Shown here piece after piece: positions 10,670-20,566 of a DNA stretch of 64,000 nt. Position 1 is the first letter of the stretch, and each line of letters opens with the position of its first letter. A program made the position numbers and the translations under genes. The notes under the pieces were generated by a model. That model did not search any database, was not told the origin of the DNA, and saw nothing but the letters and a program-made list of their open reading frames with translations. The DNA comes from Candidatus Zhuqueibacterota bacterium. Lineage in GTDB: Bacteria; Zhuqueibacterota; Zhuqueibacteria; Thermofontimicrobiales; Thiofontviventaceae. The stretch spans positions 2,966-66,965 of the forward strand of contig JAFGDW010000261.1 in assembly GCA_016931935.1 (NCBI GenBank). The letters are read 5' to 3'.

Positions 10670-13087
10670 ATGCTTTCATCCGATAATATATTTGTCACTA
10701 TTCACGGACATTTCTATCAACCGCCACGTGAAAATCCATGGACAGAGCATATTGAACATCAACCATCGGCTGCACCATTTCATGATTGGAATGAACGAAT
10801 TAATCATGAATGTTACCACGCTAACTGCTTCGCCAGAATCATGAATCCCAGAAATCGGTTGGAACAAATTGTCAATAATTTTGAATATATCAATTTCAAT
10901 GTCGGCCCGACACTGATGCACTGGATCCGCGATAATTCACCGGAAACATATCGTGCAATTATCGATGCTGATATTCACAGTCGCGATCATTACGATGGCC
11001 ATGGCAATGCCATTGCCCAGGTGTACAACCATGTTATTCTGCCGTTGGCAAGTGATGAAGATAAATATCTGCAAATCCGTTGGGGATTGGATGATTTCCG
11101 TTCCCATTTCCAACGCCCGCCTGAAGCCATCTGGCTCGCGGAAACAGCAGTCAATCAGGATACCATCGACATTCTGGTGGAATTTGGTTTGAAATATATT
11201 ATCCTGTCGCCATATCAAGCGTGGCGGGTACGGGAGCTCGGCAGTTCCGATTGGAAAGATGTCAGCACCGGCAATATCGATTCAACGATGCCCTTTCGGC
11301 AGTTTAGTCGCGATGGCCGTTTCATTGATATTTTCTTTTATAATCACACTATTTCCAGCGCCATTGGATTTGAGCATTTGTTAACGAATTCGTACCGACT
11401 TGTAGATAAATTCCGGCAGTTCACCGGAAATCCCACTCGTCCGATGCTGGTTTCCGCTTGTACTGATGGCGAATCATACGGCCATCATGAAAAATTCGGG
11501 GAAATGTGTCTTGCTCATTTCATCAAATATGCTGCCCCTAAAAGTGGGTTGGAGCTCATAAATTATGGCGCTTTTCTGGAAAAGTACCCGCCGACCCATG
11601 AAGTTCAAGTAAAACCCGGCCCGGACGGCGAAGGCACGGCCTGGAGTTGCGCTCATGGTGTCGGGCGATGGATTCGTAATTGTGGTTGTTCCGATGGCGG
11701 TTATCCATCGTGGAACCAGCATTGGCGCACCCCGCTTCGACAGGCATTCAACTGGCTGCACAAAACAATCAACCAGCAGGGAGAAAAACTGTTATCGCGA
11801 CTGATCACCGATATTCGAACCGCAAAACTCGAATATCTAAACGTTATTCAGCACCGCAGCGAAGAAGCGCGCACGGAATTTCTTTATCAGCATACAAACT
11901 CAACGACCTTGTCACAGGAAGATCGGATTCTGATTCTTCGATTTATGGAGTCGTGGCATCACTGCCAATTGATGTTCACAAGTTGCGCCTGGTTTTTTGC
12001 GGATATAAATCGTCTTGAACCCGTTCAAAACCTGAAATACGCTGCACGGGCAATCCAACTCGTGAAAAAATATTTCAATTTTAATTTGGAAGACGCATTT
12101 ATCAATCAACTTGAGCTGGCAAAAAGCAATGATACGAACGCCGGCACCGGAAAAGATATCTATTTGCGTGATGTCAAGCCTTCGATCATCAATTATAAGA
12201 TGATCGTCGCTAATTTCGCAATGGAATCGTGTTTAAAAAAGCGGTTTGATTTCCGGAAAATTTACGGGTACTATATTGAACCCGTGGCAATCGAAAAACG
12301 CAAGAACAGCAACGAACCGATTGCCAAAGGCATGGTGTGGTTGATCGATACCTATACCAGTGAAAAACGGGGTTATATCTATTTTATCTTCATGCAGTCA
12401 CTAAGAGACGTTCGTTGTTACATTCTTAATAATAAGGAAAATTTCGACTTTAATGTTACCACCGTCGATAAAACCGAAGAAGAAATCAAAACAATGGCCG
12501 GGCCTTATGTATATTCAATCCAGAATTTATTTATTGAGAATCGTGATTCCATGATTCAATTGGCATTCGCCGAGCAGATGAAAACAATGACCACCATGCT
12601 TGAAGATGTATTCGACAAACACATTGATCTACTGGAAACCTTCAATGCGACTGAGCAGCCGATACCATTTATTCTCAAAGCTGTCTGCGAGTATGTCTAT
12701 TCCCACCGTGTCGACCAGATTATCGAACAACAGGCGCGGAACGACAAGCCTATCGACATTGGTCCGATTATTGAGGCCTTCCGTTACGCCAAAGAGCATC
12801 ATTTTAACATCGAGTCTGTATCTGTTAGCAAAGAATTGAATACACTTATCAAACGACAATTCGAAATGTTATTAACAGAACCATGTGATAAGCGTGCCGA
12901 TTCCATTCTTCGCTTGCTTGATACAGCAGAAGAACTTTTATTGCCGATCGATAGTACGGAATATGTAATAGATGTTTACCGCCTTATTCATGATTATCCC
13001 TGGCACGATGGCATCCCCGAGGGCATCCATCAACTTGCCCATAAGTTGAATGTGGAAATTCCAGCCTTCAATGAAGTCACCAGTTGA
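10670..13087 (+). CDS. GH57-family glycoside hydrolase with a long C-terminal (DUF3536-like) extension
   Basis: The N-terminus VTIHGHFYQPPRENPW is the GH57 signature. WLAETAV and ESYGHH motifs are present. 805 aa. Confidence 0.8.
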   Translation: MLSSDNIFVTIHGHFYQPPRENPWTEHIEHQPSAAPFHDWNERINHECYHANCFARIMNPRNRLEQIVNNFEYINFNVGPTLMHWIRDNSPETYRAIIDADIHSRDHYDGHGNAIAQVYNHVILPLASDEDKYLQIRWGLDDFRSHFQRPPEAIWLAETAVNQDTIDILVEFGLKYIILSPYQAWRVRELGSSDWKDVSTGNIDSTMPFRQFSRDGRFIDIFFYNHTISSAIGFEHLLTNSYRLVDKFRQFTGNPTRPMLVSACTDGESYGHHEKFGEMCLAHFIKYAAPKSGLELINYGAFLEKYPPTHEVQVKPGPDGEGTAWSCAHGVGRWIRNCGCSDGGYPSWNQHWRTPLRQAFNWLHKTINQQGEKLLSRLITDIRTAKLEYLNVIQHRSEEARTEFLYQHTNSTTLSQEDRILILRFMESWHHCQLMFTSCAWFFADINRLEPVQNLKYAARAIQLVKKYFNFNLEDAFINQLELAKSNDTNAGTGKDIYLRDVKPSIINYKMIVANFAMESCLKKRFDFRKIYGYYIEPVAIEKRKNSNEPIAKGMVWLIDTYTSEKRGYIYFIFMQSLRDVRCYILNNKENFDFNVTTVDKTEEEIKTMAGPYVYSIQNLFIENRDSMIQLAFAEQMKTMTTMLEDVFDKHIDLLETFNATEQPIPFILKAVCEYVYSHRVDQIIEQQARNDKPIDIGPIIEAFRYAKEHHFNIESVSVSKELNTLIKRQFEMLLTEPCDKRADSILRLLDTAEELLLPIDSTEYVIDVYRLIHDYPWHDGIPEGIHQLAHKLNVEIPAFNEVTS

Positions 13088-13277
13088 TTGGCTTATTTCA
13101 GCATTTGCCGGTTGCAGCGAGGAATATTGAACCGGGCAGAAAATACTTTGAAATAACCAATTAAATTCCTATCTTTTATTCACATTTGAAATGTCAAAAA
13201 ACAGGATTTTAGATAGACTCATAACAAATATCATGAAATTCCTATTATCCAACCTAATACATATATCATAAATTTTC

Positions 13278-13823
13278 ATGAATAAAATTTCTTATCTCGA
13301 TATAATCCAGGGCACACCATCGCATGAAACAGTGCGCCAAAAACCACGACGCCCCGTGACCGTTTTATGCGACAATATTCGTAGCCTGTACAATGTCGGT
13401 TCAATCTTCCGTACGGCCGATGCAGTTGGTGCAGAGAAGTTAATTCTGACAGGTATTTCCGGTTGTCCTCCGCGCGCGGAAATTCATAAAGCCGCGTTGG
13501 GAGCAGAACAGATAGTACCATGGGAATATGTAAAACAGCCGGAAGTTGCTATTCAGCAACTCAAACAGGCAGGATATAAAATTGTTGTGTTGGAACATAC
13601 AGATAGTGGAAAAGATGTTCATGAAGCGGAATACAACTACCCCATGTGCTTAGTGGCAGGTCATGAAATTACCGGTGTTTCCGACGAGGTAATTGCGCTG
13701 GCCGATATGGCAGTTGAAATTCCCATGTTCGGTTTGAAGCAGTCGCTAAACGTTTCCGTTGCCTTCGGAATCGCGATTTTTGAAATCATCCACCACCTGC
13801 CGCATCTCCCTGATAACCGATAA
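13278..13823 (+). CDS. TrmH/SpoU-family RNA 2'-O-methyltransferase
   Basis: Motifs NVGSIFRTADAVG, VLEHTD and SLNVSVAFGIAIFEI match the three SpoU methylase motifs. 181 aa. Confidence 0.75.
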   Translation: MNKISYLDIIQGTPSHETVRQKPRRPVTVLCDNIRSLYNVGSIFRTADAVGAEKLILTGISGCPPRAEIHKAALGAEQIVPWEYVKQPEVAIQQLKQAGYKIVVLEHTDSGKDVHEAEYNYPMCLVAGHEITGVSDEVIALADMAVEIPMFGLKQSLNVSVAFGIAIFEIIHHLPHLPDNR

Positions 13824-14816
13824 ATGGACATCCCACGGCAATCCGTCCACCGTCATATTCGGACGTTTGTGCACGCCATCCACAGCAACTCCTGTCGAGG
13901 CATACCATTCAAGCAGAGCAGTTTCACTCATTTCAGTGACATGATCTAAAAACGCTTGCGGTTGATTCATATTAATTGCCATTGCAGCCGCCAAGGCATA
14001 ACCACCCCAATTGGAAACACCGGCAACTATCGTTGCATCGGTAGGAACACGACAGGCGATCACGCCGCCATTTTTAATATTTTGTTGAATCACATGCCAG
14101 GGGATGCTGCCCATCCCAATTTCATTACCGCCATCGCCAATTCCAATTGTGAAAACAGAATCAGTTTTTTGCTTAAACCACCAGTGAAGGGGCGCTACAT
14201 ATCGAGTGATATCTTTACTCCACATATTGAGTACACGTCCAGCTTTTCGTTCGGGGCCACTCGTTTTAAATTGCACACTCATTTCCATACTAACCGGTCC
14301 ATACTGCTCACTGACTGATCTTTTTGAATGACACGGTCCCGGACATTCGATCGAAACGATTGCCTTGAGATCAGGGTATGAAGCTTCCCTAGACGCCATC
14401 CATTGCTGGAACTGCTCCCGGGCGCCTTTTGGAAAGCGGCTGGAAATGGGAAATTGTACAAGCTCCACGTCGGGCAACGCTTGCGTAAATTGATTGTCAA
14501 CTGCCAGCAAACAGCGCTGATCGGCTACGATCACAATCCGAAAACCGAGTTGCCTAAGGACATTAGCCAGTGCGATCGCCCCCATCGGACCGTCGTTTTC
14601 CGGAGCAGGCGGATTAGCATCAGGAATGTAAAAACCTGTTACAATTGCGATTGTTGTCTCCATGTCCGCAGACAATCCTTCAACCGCGTAGATCAAATGA
14701 TCATTCGTACAAGTACACAAATTTAACTCATCACATCGGGCAATTCCCCGTTGCCCCGGATCGGTCTGCATGATTGATTGCAATTTGCGCAGGTATATTT
14801 TTACATCGTTTTTCAT
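13746..14816 (-). CDS. DUF4392-like (D-glutamate-cyclase-like) protein
   Basis: 356-aa ORF. ENDGPMGAIALA and GIGDGGNEIGMG resemble what I remember of DUF4392. Its 3' end overlaps the convergent TrmH-like gene by 78 nt. Confidence 0.45.
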   Translation of the reverse strand: MKNDVKIYLRKLQSIMQTDPGQRGIARCDELNLCTCTNDHLIYAVEGLSADMETTIAIVTGFYIPDANPPAPENDGPMGAIALANVLRQLGFRIVIVADQRCLLAVDNQFTQALPDVELVQFPISSRFPKGAREQFQQWMASREASYPDLKAIVSIECPGPCHSKRSVSEQYGPVSMEMSVQFKTSGPERKAGRVLNMWSKDITRYVAPLHWWFKQKTDSVFTIGIGDGGNEIGMGSIPWHVIQQNIKNGGVIACRVPTDATIVAGVSNWGGYALAAAMAINMNQPQAFLDHVTEMSETALLEWYASTGVAVDGVHKRPNMTVDGLPWDVHLSVIREMRQVVDDFKNRDSEGNGNV

Positions 14817-14835
14817 TGTCTATTAATTGGCTGTT

Positions 14836-14905
14836 CGTTTTCCATTCTTCGTTCCCCGTTTTCCGTTCTCCATTCTCCATTCTCCGCTTTCCGTTCTCCC
14901 TCGTC
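14836..14905 (-). repeat. ten imperfect tandem heptads (plus strand CRTTYTC; coding strand GAGAAYG)
   Basis: Read directly: cgttttc cattctt cgttccc cgttttc cgttctc cattctc cattctc cgctttc cgttctc cctcgtc. The array lies between the hisG terminator and the start of the DUF4392-like gene at 14816. Confidence 0.85.
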
Positions 14906-14910
14906 CCATA

Positions 14911-14935
14911 AAAAAACCCGTCACAATGAACGGGG
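14911..14935 (-). terminator. candidate rho-independent terminator after hisG
   Basis: The minus strand reads CCCGT-tcattgtg-ACGGG followed by TTTTTTT, 27 nt after the hisG stop. The stem is only 5 bp. Confidence 0.45.
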
Positions 14936-14961
14936 TATTGACAAATCGATTTGAACTGCGA

Positions 14962-15855
14962 TCAAAAACCATTTTGCTTTTCGACAATTTTATTTAATGG
15001 ATATTCAATAATCCCTTCGGCGCCGCGATCAATCAGCTTGGGAATAATTTCCCGAACGATTGCTTCATCCACAACTGATTCAACGGCAAACCAGTCAGTG
15101 TTATAGAGTGATGACACCGTTGGTGCATTCAAACTCGGGAGCAACGCCACAACTTGTTCGAGATTTTCTTTGGAAACATTCAATTTTATACCAACCAAAT
15201 TTTCAGCCTTCAGCGCACCGTTCAGCAGCATTGCGATCTGGTGGATTTTTTTTTGTTTCCAGGGATCTTTCATACTGGATTTATTGACGATTAGTTTTGT
15301 ATTTGTCTCCAGCAACGTATGAATAATTTTCAAATTGTGCGCTTTAATTGTGCTGCCGGTTTCCGTCACTTCCACAATGGCGTCGGCCAGCCCTTCCACC
15401 ACTTTTGCTTCGGTGGCGCCCCATGAAAACTCCACATTTACATCGATATTACGTTCCGCAAAAAAACGCTTCGTAAAATTGACCAGCTCAGTAGATATTG
15501 TCTTGCCTGCGCAATCTTCCAGCGTATTGATACCGGAATTTTCCGCGACCGCCAACACCCATTTGGCTTTTTTCGTACTCGTTTTAGAATAAATTAAATC
15601 GGAAATAATGTCTACATCAGCGTCAAACTCCAGCACCCAATCCAGACCGGTCAAACCCACATCGATCGTGCCGATTTCCACATAGTGTGCCATTTCCTGT
15701 GCGCGAATCAACGCACAACGTAACTCTTCATCATCGACAGATGGGAAATAATTTCGTGACGATACATTTATTTTCCAGCCCGCTTTGGCAAACAGGTCGA
15801 TTGTCGCATCCTGTAGACTGCCTTTGGGAATCCCCAATTTTAACACCTGACTCAT
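14962..15855 (-). CDS. hisG: ATP phosphoribosyltransferase, long form
   Basis: LKLGIPKGSLQDATIDLFAKAG and GLTGLDWVLE, plus a C-terminal regulatory domain. 297 aa. There is an ATGA start/stop overlap with hisI. Confidence 0.9.
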   Translation of the reverse strand: MSQVLKLGIPKGSLQDATIDLFAKAGWKINVSSRNYFPSVDDEELRCALIRAQEMAHYVEIGTIDVGLTGLDWVLEFDADVDIISDLIYSKTSTKKAKWVLAVAENSGINTLEDCAGKTISTELVNFTKRFFAERNIDVNVEFSWGATEAKVVEGLADAIVEVTETGSTIKAHNLKIIHTLLETNTKLIVNKSSMKDPWKQKKIHQIAMLLNGALKAENLVGIKLNVSKENLEQVVALLPSLNAPTVSSLYNTDWFAVESVVDEAIVREIIPKLIDRGAEGIIEYPLNKIVEKQNGF

Positions 15856-16235
15856 TTTTTATCTCCATATTTTTCTTCAGGATTGAATACTTTCACTCCA
15901 TCCACCACCAAATCACCATCATTCACTTTTCGATAAAAACAACTCTTGTATCCGGTATGACAAGCGGCATCACCAACTTGATCGATTTTTATCAGCACGC
16001 AATCATCATCGCAATCCACCCGTATTTCCTTAACTTTCTGAATATTGCCGGAGGTCTCGCCCTTCATCCAGAGCTTGCCGCGCGTTCGGCTGTAATAATG
16101 TACAATACCGGTTTCCAGCGTCCTTTGCCAGGCGGCTTCATTCATAAACGCCATCATCAGTACTTCACCCGATTGGGCATCCTGCGCAATCACTGGAAGC
16201 AATCCGTTTCCCTTTGCAAAATTTAAATTGATCAA
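15852..16235 (-). CDS. hisI: phosphoribosyl-AMP cyclohydrolase
   Basis: LPVIAQDAQSGEVLMMAFMNEAA...YYSRTRGKLWMKGETSGN...DCDDDCVLIKIDQVGDAACHTGYKSCFY. TTG start preceded by GAGGA. Confidence 0.9.
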   Translation of the reverse strand: MINLNFAKGNGLLPVIAQDAQSGEVLMMAFMNEAAWQRTLETGIVHYYSRTRGKLWMKGETSGNIQKVKEIRVDCDDDCVLIKIDQVGDAACHTGYKSCFYRKVNDGDLVVDGVKVFNPEEKYGDKK

Positions 16236-16553
16236 TATTCGTCCTCGTATTTGCTTTCAAAATAAAATAGTTTTAAAAATAACAAAAAGAATAGATAAAT
16301 ACAAGCATTTATTTGGGAGAGTGTAAATTAGTACTGGCGAGGATAGTATACTTTCAATGCACTTTGCCCTGAAAAATGTATTTGCCACCAAGGACACTAA
16401 GACACAAAGAAATGAAAAATGAAATAAGAAATTTTGAAGTAGAACAGAAATGCTTTATTGACATGATACATGGCGGTTAGATAACTAAGAATGGGAAAAA
16501 AAAATAAAATCTGAGGCAAATCTAAATGCGATCATATTAAAATGTAGGCATTC

Positions 16554-16586
16554 TTAAATGAAAAAGGGTACCTTTTAGGCGCCCTT
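16554..16586 (-). terminator. rho-independent terminator after the PEP-CTERM gene
   Basis: The minus strand reads AAGGGCGCC-taaaa-GGTACCCTT (9-bp stem with one mismatch and one G:U) followed by TTTTCATTT. It begins 29 nt after the stop at 16615. Confidence 0.55.
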
Positions 16587-16614
16587 CTTTCTACATTCAG
16601 CTTTACAACGATTG

Positions 16615-17274
16615 CTACTTCTGTTTCCTTCGCTTGATCTGTATTGCACCGATCCCCACTAGACCGACACCTAATAACAGGCATGTTCCGGGTTCCGGAA
16701 CTACTTGTGTAACAGAAACATTGTCCAGTGCTGGACCATAAGGTGTATTTGTCAAACTCTTGAAATTGAGTATTGTACTTGTGCCGCTCGCGGTAAATAT
16801 GAACGAATTTGTTTGCCACCCCATATTACTTTTATCTGTAGACGTCACATCAAATGTGAATGTATTGGAAATTCCAGCAACAGCGACTTCCAACGTTTTA
16901 ATAACACCGGTCGCTTTGTTATCAGGATTTCCTGCCATATCAAATGATACCAGATATTGTTTGCCCAATACGGTGTTGATACTTTGTGAAAGTTGGATAC
17001 CGCCGGCAACGGCCCCGCTCATATCTAAACTGTATTTACCATCGGAAGCTTGCCAATAGTTATAAATATAATCAATACTGCCGGAATTGACTGTCCAATT
17101 ATTGATTGCAGTAGCATTTCCCGTACCGGCAGTAAGCGTTTTAAATGAATAACCGGGCGTTTCCGAATAAATACTTTGCTCGAAGCTTCCGTTTAAAATT
17201 AAATTTGTCGCGAATACATTCGTAACAAATGCACCTATGCAAAAAATTGCTACAATCAGACCTAATTTTTTCAT
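16615..17274 (-). CDS. DUF642-like secreted protein with a PEP-CTERM sorting signal
   Basis: Signal peptide, then NLILNGSFEQ...WTVNSGSIDYI...SDGKYSLDMSG (DUF642 pattern). The C-terminus is VPEPGTCLLLGVGLVGIGAIQIKRRKQK, meaning a PEP motif, a TM segment and a basic tail. Confidence 0.65.
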   Translation of the reverse strand: MKKLGLIVAIFCIGAFVTNVFATNLILNGSFEQSIYSETPGYSFKTLTAGTGNATAINNWTVNSGSIDYIYNYWQASDGKYSLDMSGAVAGGIQLSQSINTVLGKQYLVSFDMAGNPDNKATGVIKTLEVAVAGISNTFTFDVTSTDKSNMGWQTNSFIFTASGTSTILNFKSLTNTPYGPALDNVSVTQVVPEPGTCLLLGVGLVGIGAIQIKRRKQK

Positions 17275-17821
17275 CTCATTGTCCTTTCCATTAAATTACA
17301 CGAATACAAATAACTTCAATTACTATACCACTCATTGCATTTTCGACATCCGGTTAATTTTTAAGAACCTATCAATTGAGAGAAAAATTAGGAATAGGAA
17401 ACTCAATGTAAATGTTGTACGCATAAATAAAGGCCTATTTATAATAATCAAATAAATAAATAGTAACAGAGTATTGGAATGCGACACTTTTTTTATTGTA
17501 TGTACACATTTTACCGCGGGTGAAATTAGTATATTCTCAATTCTACCATTCGGTGTACTTTTTATCCGGTGGCTGCAATCTGCTTTCGTTAATCTGCCAC
17601 ACTATATTACAAGCTTGTCTATAACATGATTAATTTTAAATTTTATTGATGTTTTTGGAACGAATTAATTGGTATGCATTTTGTAAGTGTAAAAACAATC
17701 AATCTACTACCTATAGTACACTAATGGTGAACTTGTTAAAACAAAATTATTAGGAGAGTAACTTACTCTGAACTCGACATAAAAATTTCATTTATTCCTT
17801 AACCATTTAAAAACGAAACAC

Positions 17822-17850
17822 TTGACTTTTTACAAAAATTAAACTATCTT
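17822..17850 (+). promoter_or_regulatory. sigma70-like -35/-10 candidate (TTGACT-17 nt-TATCTT)
   Basis: Read directly. It lies about 330 nt upstream of the first island gene, so the assignment is weak. Confidence 0.2.
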
Positions 17851-17912
17851 AGTTGCAATCGAAGATTTGCAGAAATTAATTTTGAACTATTATGAATGCA
17901 AGTTGAACCACG

Positions 17913-17934
17913 AGCCTTCGACTTCGCTCAGGCT
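17913..17934. repeat. conserved-loop hairpin repeat, copy 1 (AGCCT-tcgacttcgctc-AGGCT)
   Basis: 5-bp stem with a 12-nt loop identical to copy 3. See the copies at 47912, 47956 and 62631. Confidence 0.75.
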
Positions 17935-18181
17935 GAAGCTCCATCTTCACAGTGAGCCCTTCGAGAAACTCACGATATGCTCCGTCGAACTGTGATAACT
18001 TTATAATTTTCAGGCCACATCAATTTTCAACTTGTCATTCCCTATAAATCCAGCAGGTATATTACGTGACAATTATTTAATTTGCCATTTCACTACGATG
18101 TAGTTATATTTGGCTTTCAAAAAAATAGTCTGCCAAAAAATTTAGGAGTCCGCAAAATTAGCTGATTGCAGCTACCATACT

Positions 18182-19618
18182 ATGCGTGATGTAAATCTGG
18201 AAATTCGTTTCGATAATCTATTGACTCATGAAGACATAATCGTCAAACGATTTTTCCTGGTCAATTTTCTGAAACCACGGGAAAAACGGACGAATCTTCG
18301 ATCCTACCTCTGTCTGATCTGGCGCTATAATACTCTTCATATTAACAATAACATCACGATATCTTTAAAATTTCATCCGAACATAATTTCAGGTGTTAAT
18401 GATGTTCATCATTTTTTTGGGGAAACGACTGTTCTAAAGCAGTTTTGGGCAAGCTATGCACCGTTGCCCAATATTAATCCGTTTATTGAATCATTCACAA
18501 GTCGCGATTGTAAAAATCCTAATCTGGCGGCATCGCTTGTGCGCCAATGCAATGACATTCCAACAATCGATAATCAATATTTGTTTTGTTCTTTGAAGGA
18601 CGAAAAATATTATGATCATATTTTCTTTCCGCTACAAAATATCGAGAATTATTTTGATTTTCAGAAAAGGAAAATGATTATTACGCCCCAGAATATAGGG
18701 ATAGGTGATATTTTCAAACATCGCTCAATTGGCGATATAAATCCTACCTTTCTCCCGTGTTTTGCCATATGGATTGGGTGGGAAGAGGACCTGCAAACGG
18801 AAAGTTTCAAAAGCTTCAATCAAGATATTACTTACGAAGTACGGTTTTCTAATAATTTATCTCGAAACGTCGATAAGAGATTTGTGCAGGTCAGCGAATT
18901 GGGTGTTTACTTCTTTCTGCCGCATTCGTATGAACTGGATTCGCAATCATGTAATTACCCCACGGGTGAAAAATACAGCAACGAAGTATTCGAATTGGAA
19001 CGTTCTTACTCCCAACAACGACTTGAGTATTTCGATGAATGGGAAAAGCTCGGAGTGAAAAGTCAGTCCGCATTCCGTACGCATATGAGCAGAAAATTCT
19101 CAGATTATTTCAGAAACAATCTGAGTACCCTGCAATTTTTATTTACCGTTGCTGATCGTGATTCCAGAATAAACGCCAGTATGAATTTGACGATTGCCAC
19201 GCTTATTATTTCATTACTATGGGAAATCGGGCACGAAAACCTTTCACGAATCACCGTGATGAAATCGCTAAAGTACATCTCACCAGATGCCTTTTGGTTT
19301 CTGATGAATATGATGATGTTTTTGGGGGCTGTTCGTGTGTTCTTTTTCAATAGATGGTTTTCAAATGATACTACGGTTAAAGAAAAATGTATTAGTTTCG
19401 GTATTGTTATTTACACATTCTACTACATCATCTTTATGATTTTCAATATTGGATTGCACGAATCCATGCAAAATCCAACGATTGCACGATTGAAATCAAT
19501 TCTATTTTATCCTTATTTTTTTCATCATTTTATTATAGTGTCGGTCGCATTATATTTAGTTAATAAGTTTGTTTTCAGGATCCTCTATAAGAAATTTAAA
19601 TTACGCATTTTCAGATAA
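18182..19618 (+). CDS. orphan protein: about 330-aa soluble N-domain plus a C-terminal 4-TM module
   Basis: A 1437-nt open frame in AT-rich DNA is statistically unlikely to be non-coding. Four hydrophobic helices occupy the last ~150 aa (LTIATLIISLLWEI, FWFLMNMMMFLGAVRVFFF, ISFGIVIYTFYYIIFMIFNIGL, FFHHFIIVSVALYLVNKFVF). No family recognised. Confidence 0.6.
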   Translation: MRDVNLEIRFDNLLTHEDIIVKRFFLVNFLKPREKRTNLRSYLCLIWRYNTLHINNNITISLKFHPNIISGVNDVHHFFGETTVLKQFWASYAPLPNINPFIESFTSRDCKNPNLAASLVRQCNDIPTIDNQYLFCSLKDEKYYDHIFFPLQNIENYFDFQKRKMIITPQNIGIGDIFKHRSIGDINPTFLPCFAIWIGWEEDLQTESFKSFNQDITYEVRFSNNLSRNVDKRFVQVSELGVYFFLPHSYELDSQSCNYPTGEKYSNEVFELERSYSQQRLEYFDEWEKLGVKSQSAFRTHMSRKFSDYFRNNLSTLQFLFTVADRDSRINASMNLTIATLIISLLWEIGHENLSRITVMKSLKYISPDAFWFLMNMMMFLGAVRVFFFNRWFSNDTTVKEKCISFGIVIYTFYYIIFMIFNIGLHESMQNPTIARLKSILFYPYFFHHFIIVSVALYLVNKFVFRILYKKFKLRIFR

Positions 19619-19650
19619 ACAGCCGAAATAAAGTGTAAAGGCACTGCATC

Positions 19651-20445
19651 ATGAAAAACAACCTGGACGACAGATCGTTTTCCTTCGGAGAGAGTATTGC
19701 TGCAGTAAAAATGAATCCCTCCTATTTTTTCCAAATCGAAGATATGCTTATTCTGAATCGATTTAGTGAAATCGGCAAGTTACCGGAATATATCTGGGCA
19801 AATGGAAATATCTATAAACGTTTTTTAGAAATTTTCTACCTTAATACGTTGATTTCTGAATTAACACGCGTGCAGAAGTATATACTTTTCATTCTCCGAT
19901 TAAGATATCTGAGAAACATTACTAATATGGATTATAATCAATTCATTATTTGTGAATTAATCAAACGGCTGGTGGTAACGATCGAACCGGAAAAAACAGA
20001 TAAACCGAATATCCTTGACTATGGCATCGGTTCCGGCATTTCGCTGGATTGTATGCGACACTTGAAAATTGATGATCAGTTCAAATTAGTCGGAACTGAT
20101 ATCTGTACCGATGCACTGAAGACATCAGGAGAGAAAGGCATAAAAACATTTAAGTGGGATTTAAGTGATAATATTAAATCTAATTGTTACGATGGAATCA
20201 TCAGTTCATTTGTCTTCGACTTCAACATCACACTGCCGGAAATTAAAAAATTGTATCGTATCTTAAAACCTGGCCGCCGGCTCGTTCTTAATATGTACAA
20301 GAAAGATATCCCCAATGTGGAACGAGTGAAGAAAAATCTGATTACCGCCGGATTTGACATTAATTGCGAACGCCTCATTGTGGATAATATCGGCGCAGAT
20401 GTTGATCACAAATATGAAAAAATTATTATTGCCGAGAAATTATAG
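19651..20445 (+). CDS. class I SAM-dependent methyltransferase with an unrecognised ~110-aa N-terminal extension
   Basis: Motif I ILDYGIGSGISL, post-I LVGTDI, and YDGIISSFVF and LKPGRRLVLNMY are consistent with a Methyltransf_11/25-type fold. Confidence 0.65.
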   Translation: MKNNLDDRSFSFGESIAAVKMNPSYFFQIEDMLILNRFSEIGKLPEYIWANGNIYKRFLEIFYLNTLISELTRVQKYILFILRLRYLRNITNMDYNQFIICELIKRLVVTIEPEKTDKPNILDYGIGSGISLDCMRHLKIDDQFKLVGTDICTDALKTSGEKGIKTFKWDLSDNIKSNCYDGIISSFVFDFNITLPEIKKLYRILKPGRRLVLNMYKKDIPNVERVKKNLITAGFDINCERLIVDNIGADVDHKYEKIIIAEKL

Positions 20446-20503
20446 TTAAAACAAGCAAGAAATGCCCCATTTCCATAAAATTACATTTTTCTGATTGTAT
20501 TAT

Positions 20504-20542
20504 TATCAATTTATTGATATATTAGTTCTTCGAACATGTTCG
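20504..20542. promoter_or_regulatory. two palindromes upstream of the third island gene (TATCAAT-tt-ATTGATA; CGAACATGTTCG)
   Basis: Read directly at 20504-20519 and 20531-20542, inside the 121-nt spacer before the TTG start at 20567. An operator function is inference only. Confidence 0.25.
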
Positions 20543-20566
20543 TTAAAGTAACATGGGGAGAGCTAC

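Noticed and set aside
14836-14905. CRISPR array
   Set aside because: The only tandem repeats are 7-nt units with no spacers. The hairpin repeat families are dispersed singly in spacers. No 25-40-nt repeat/spacer periodicity and no cas gene is visible.
16236-16614. Histidine attenuator, T-box or riboswitch upstream of hisI
   Set aside because: I could find no His-codon-rich leader peptide and no T-box-like specifier/terminator architecture in the 379-nt AT-rich spacer.
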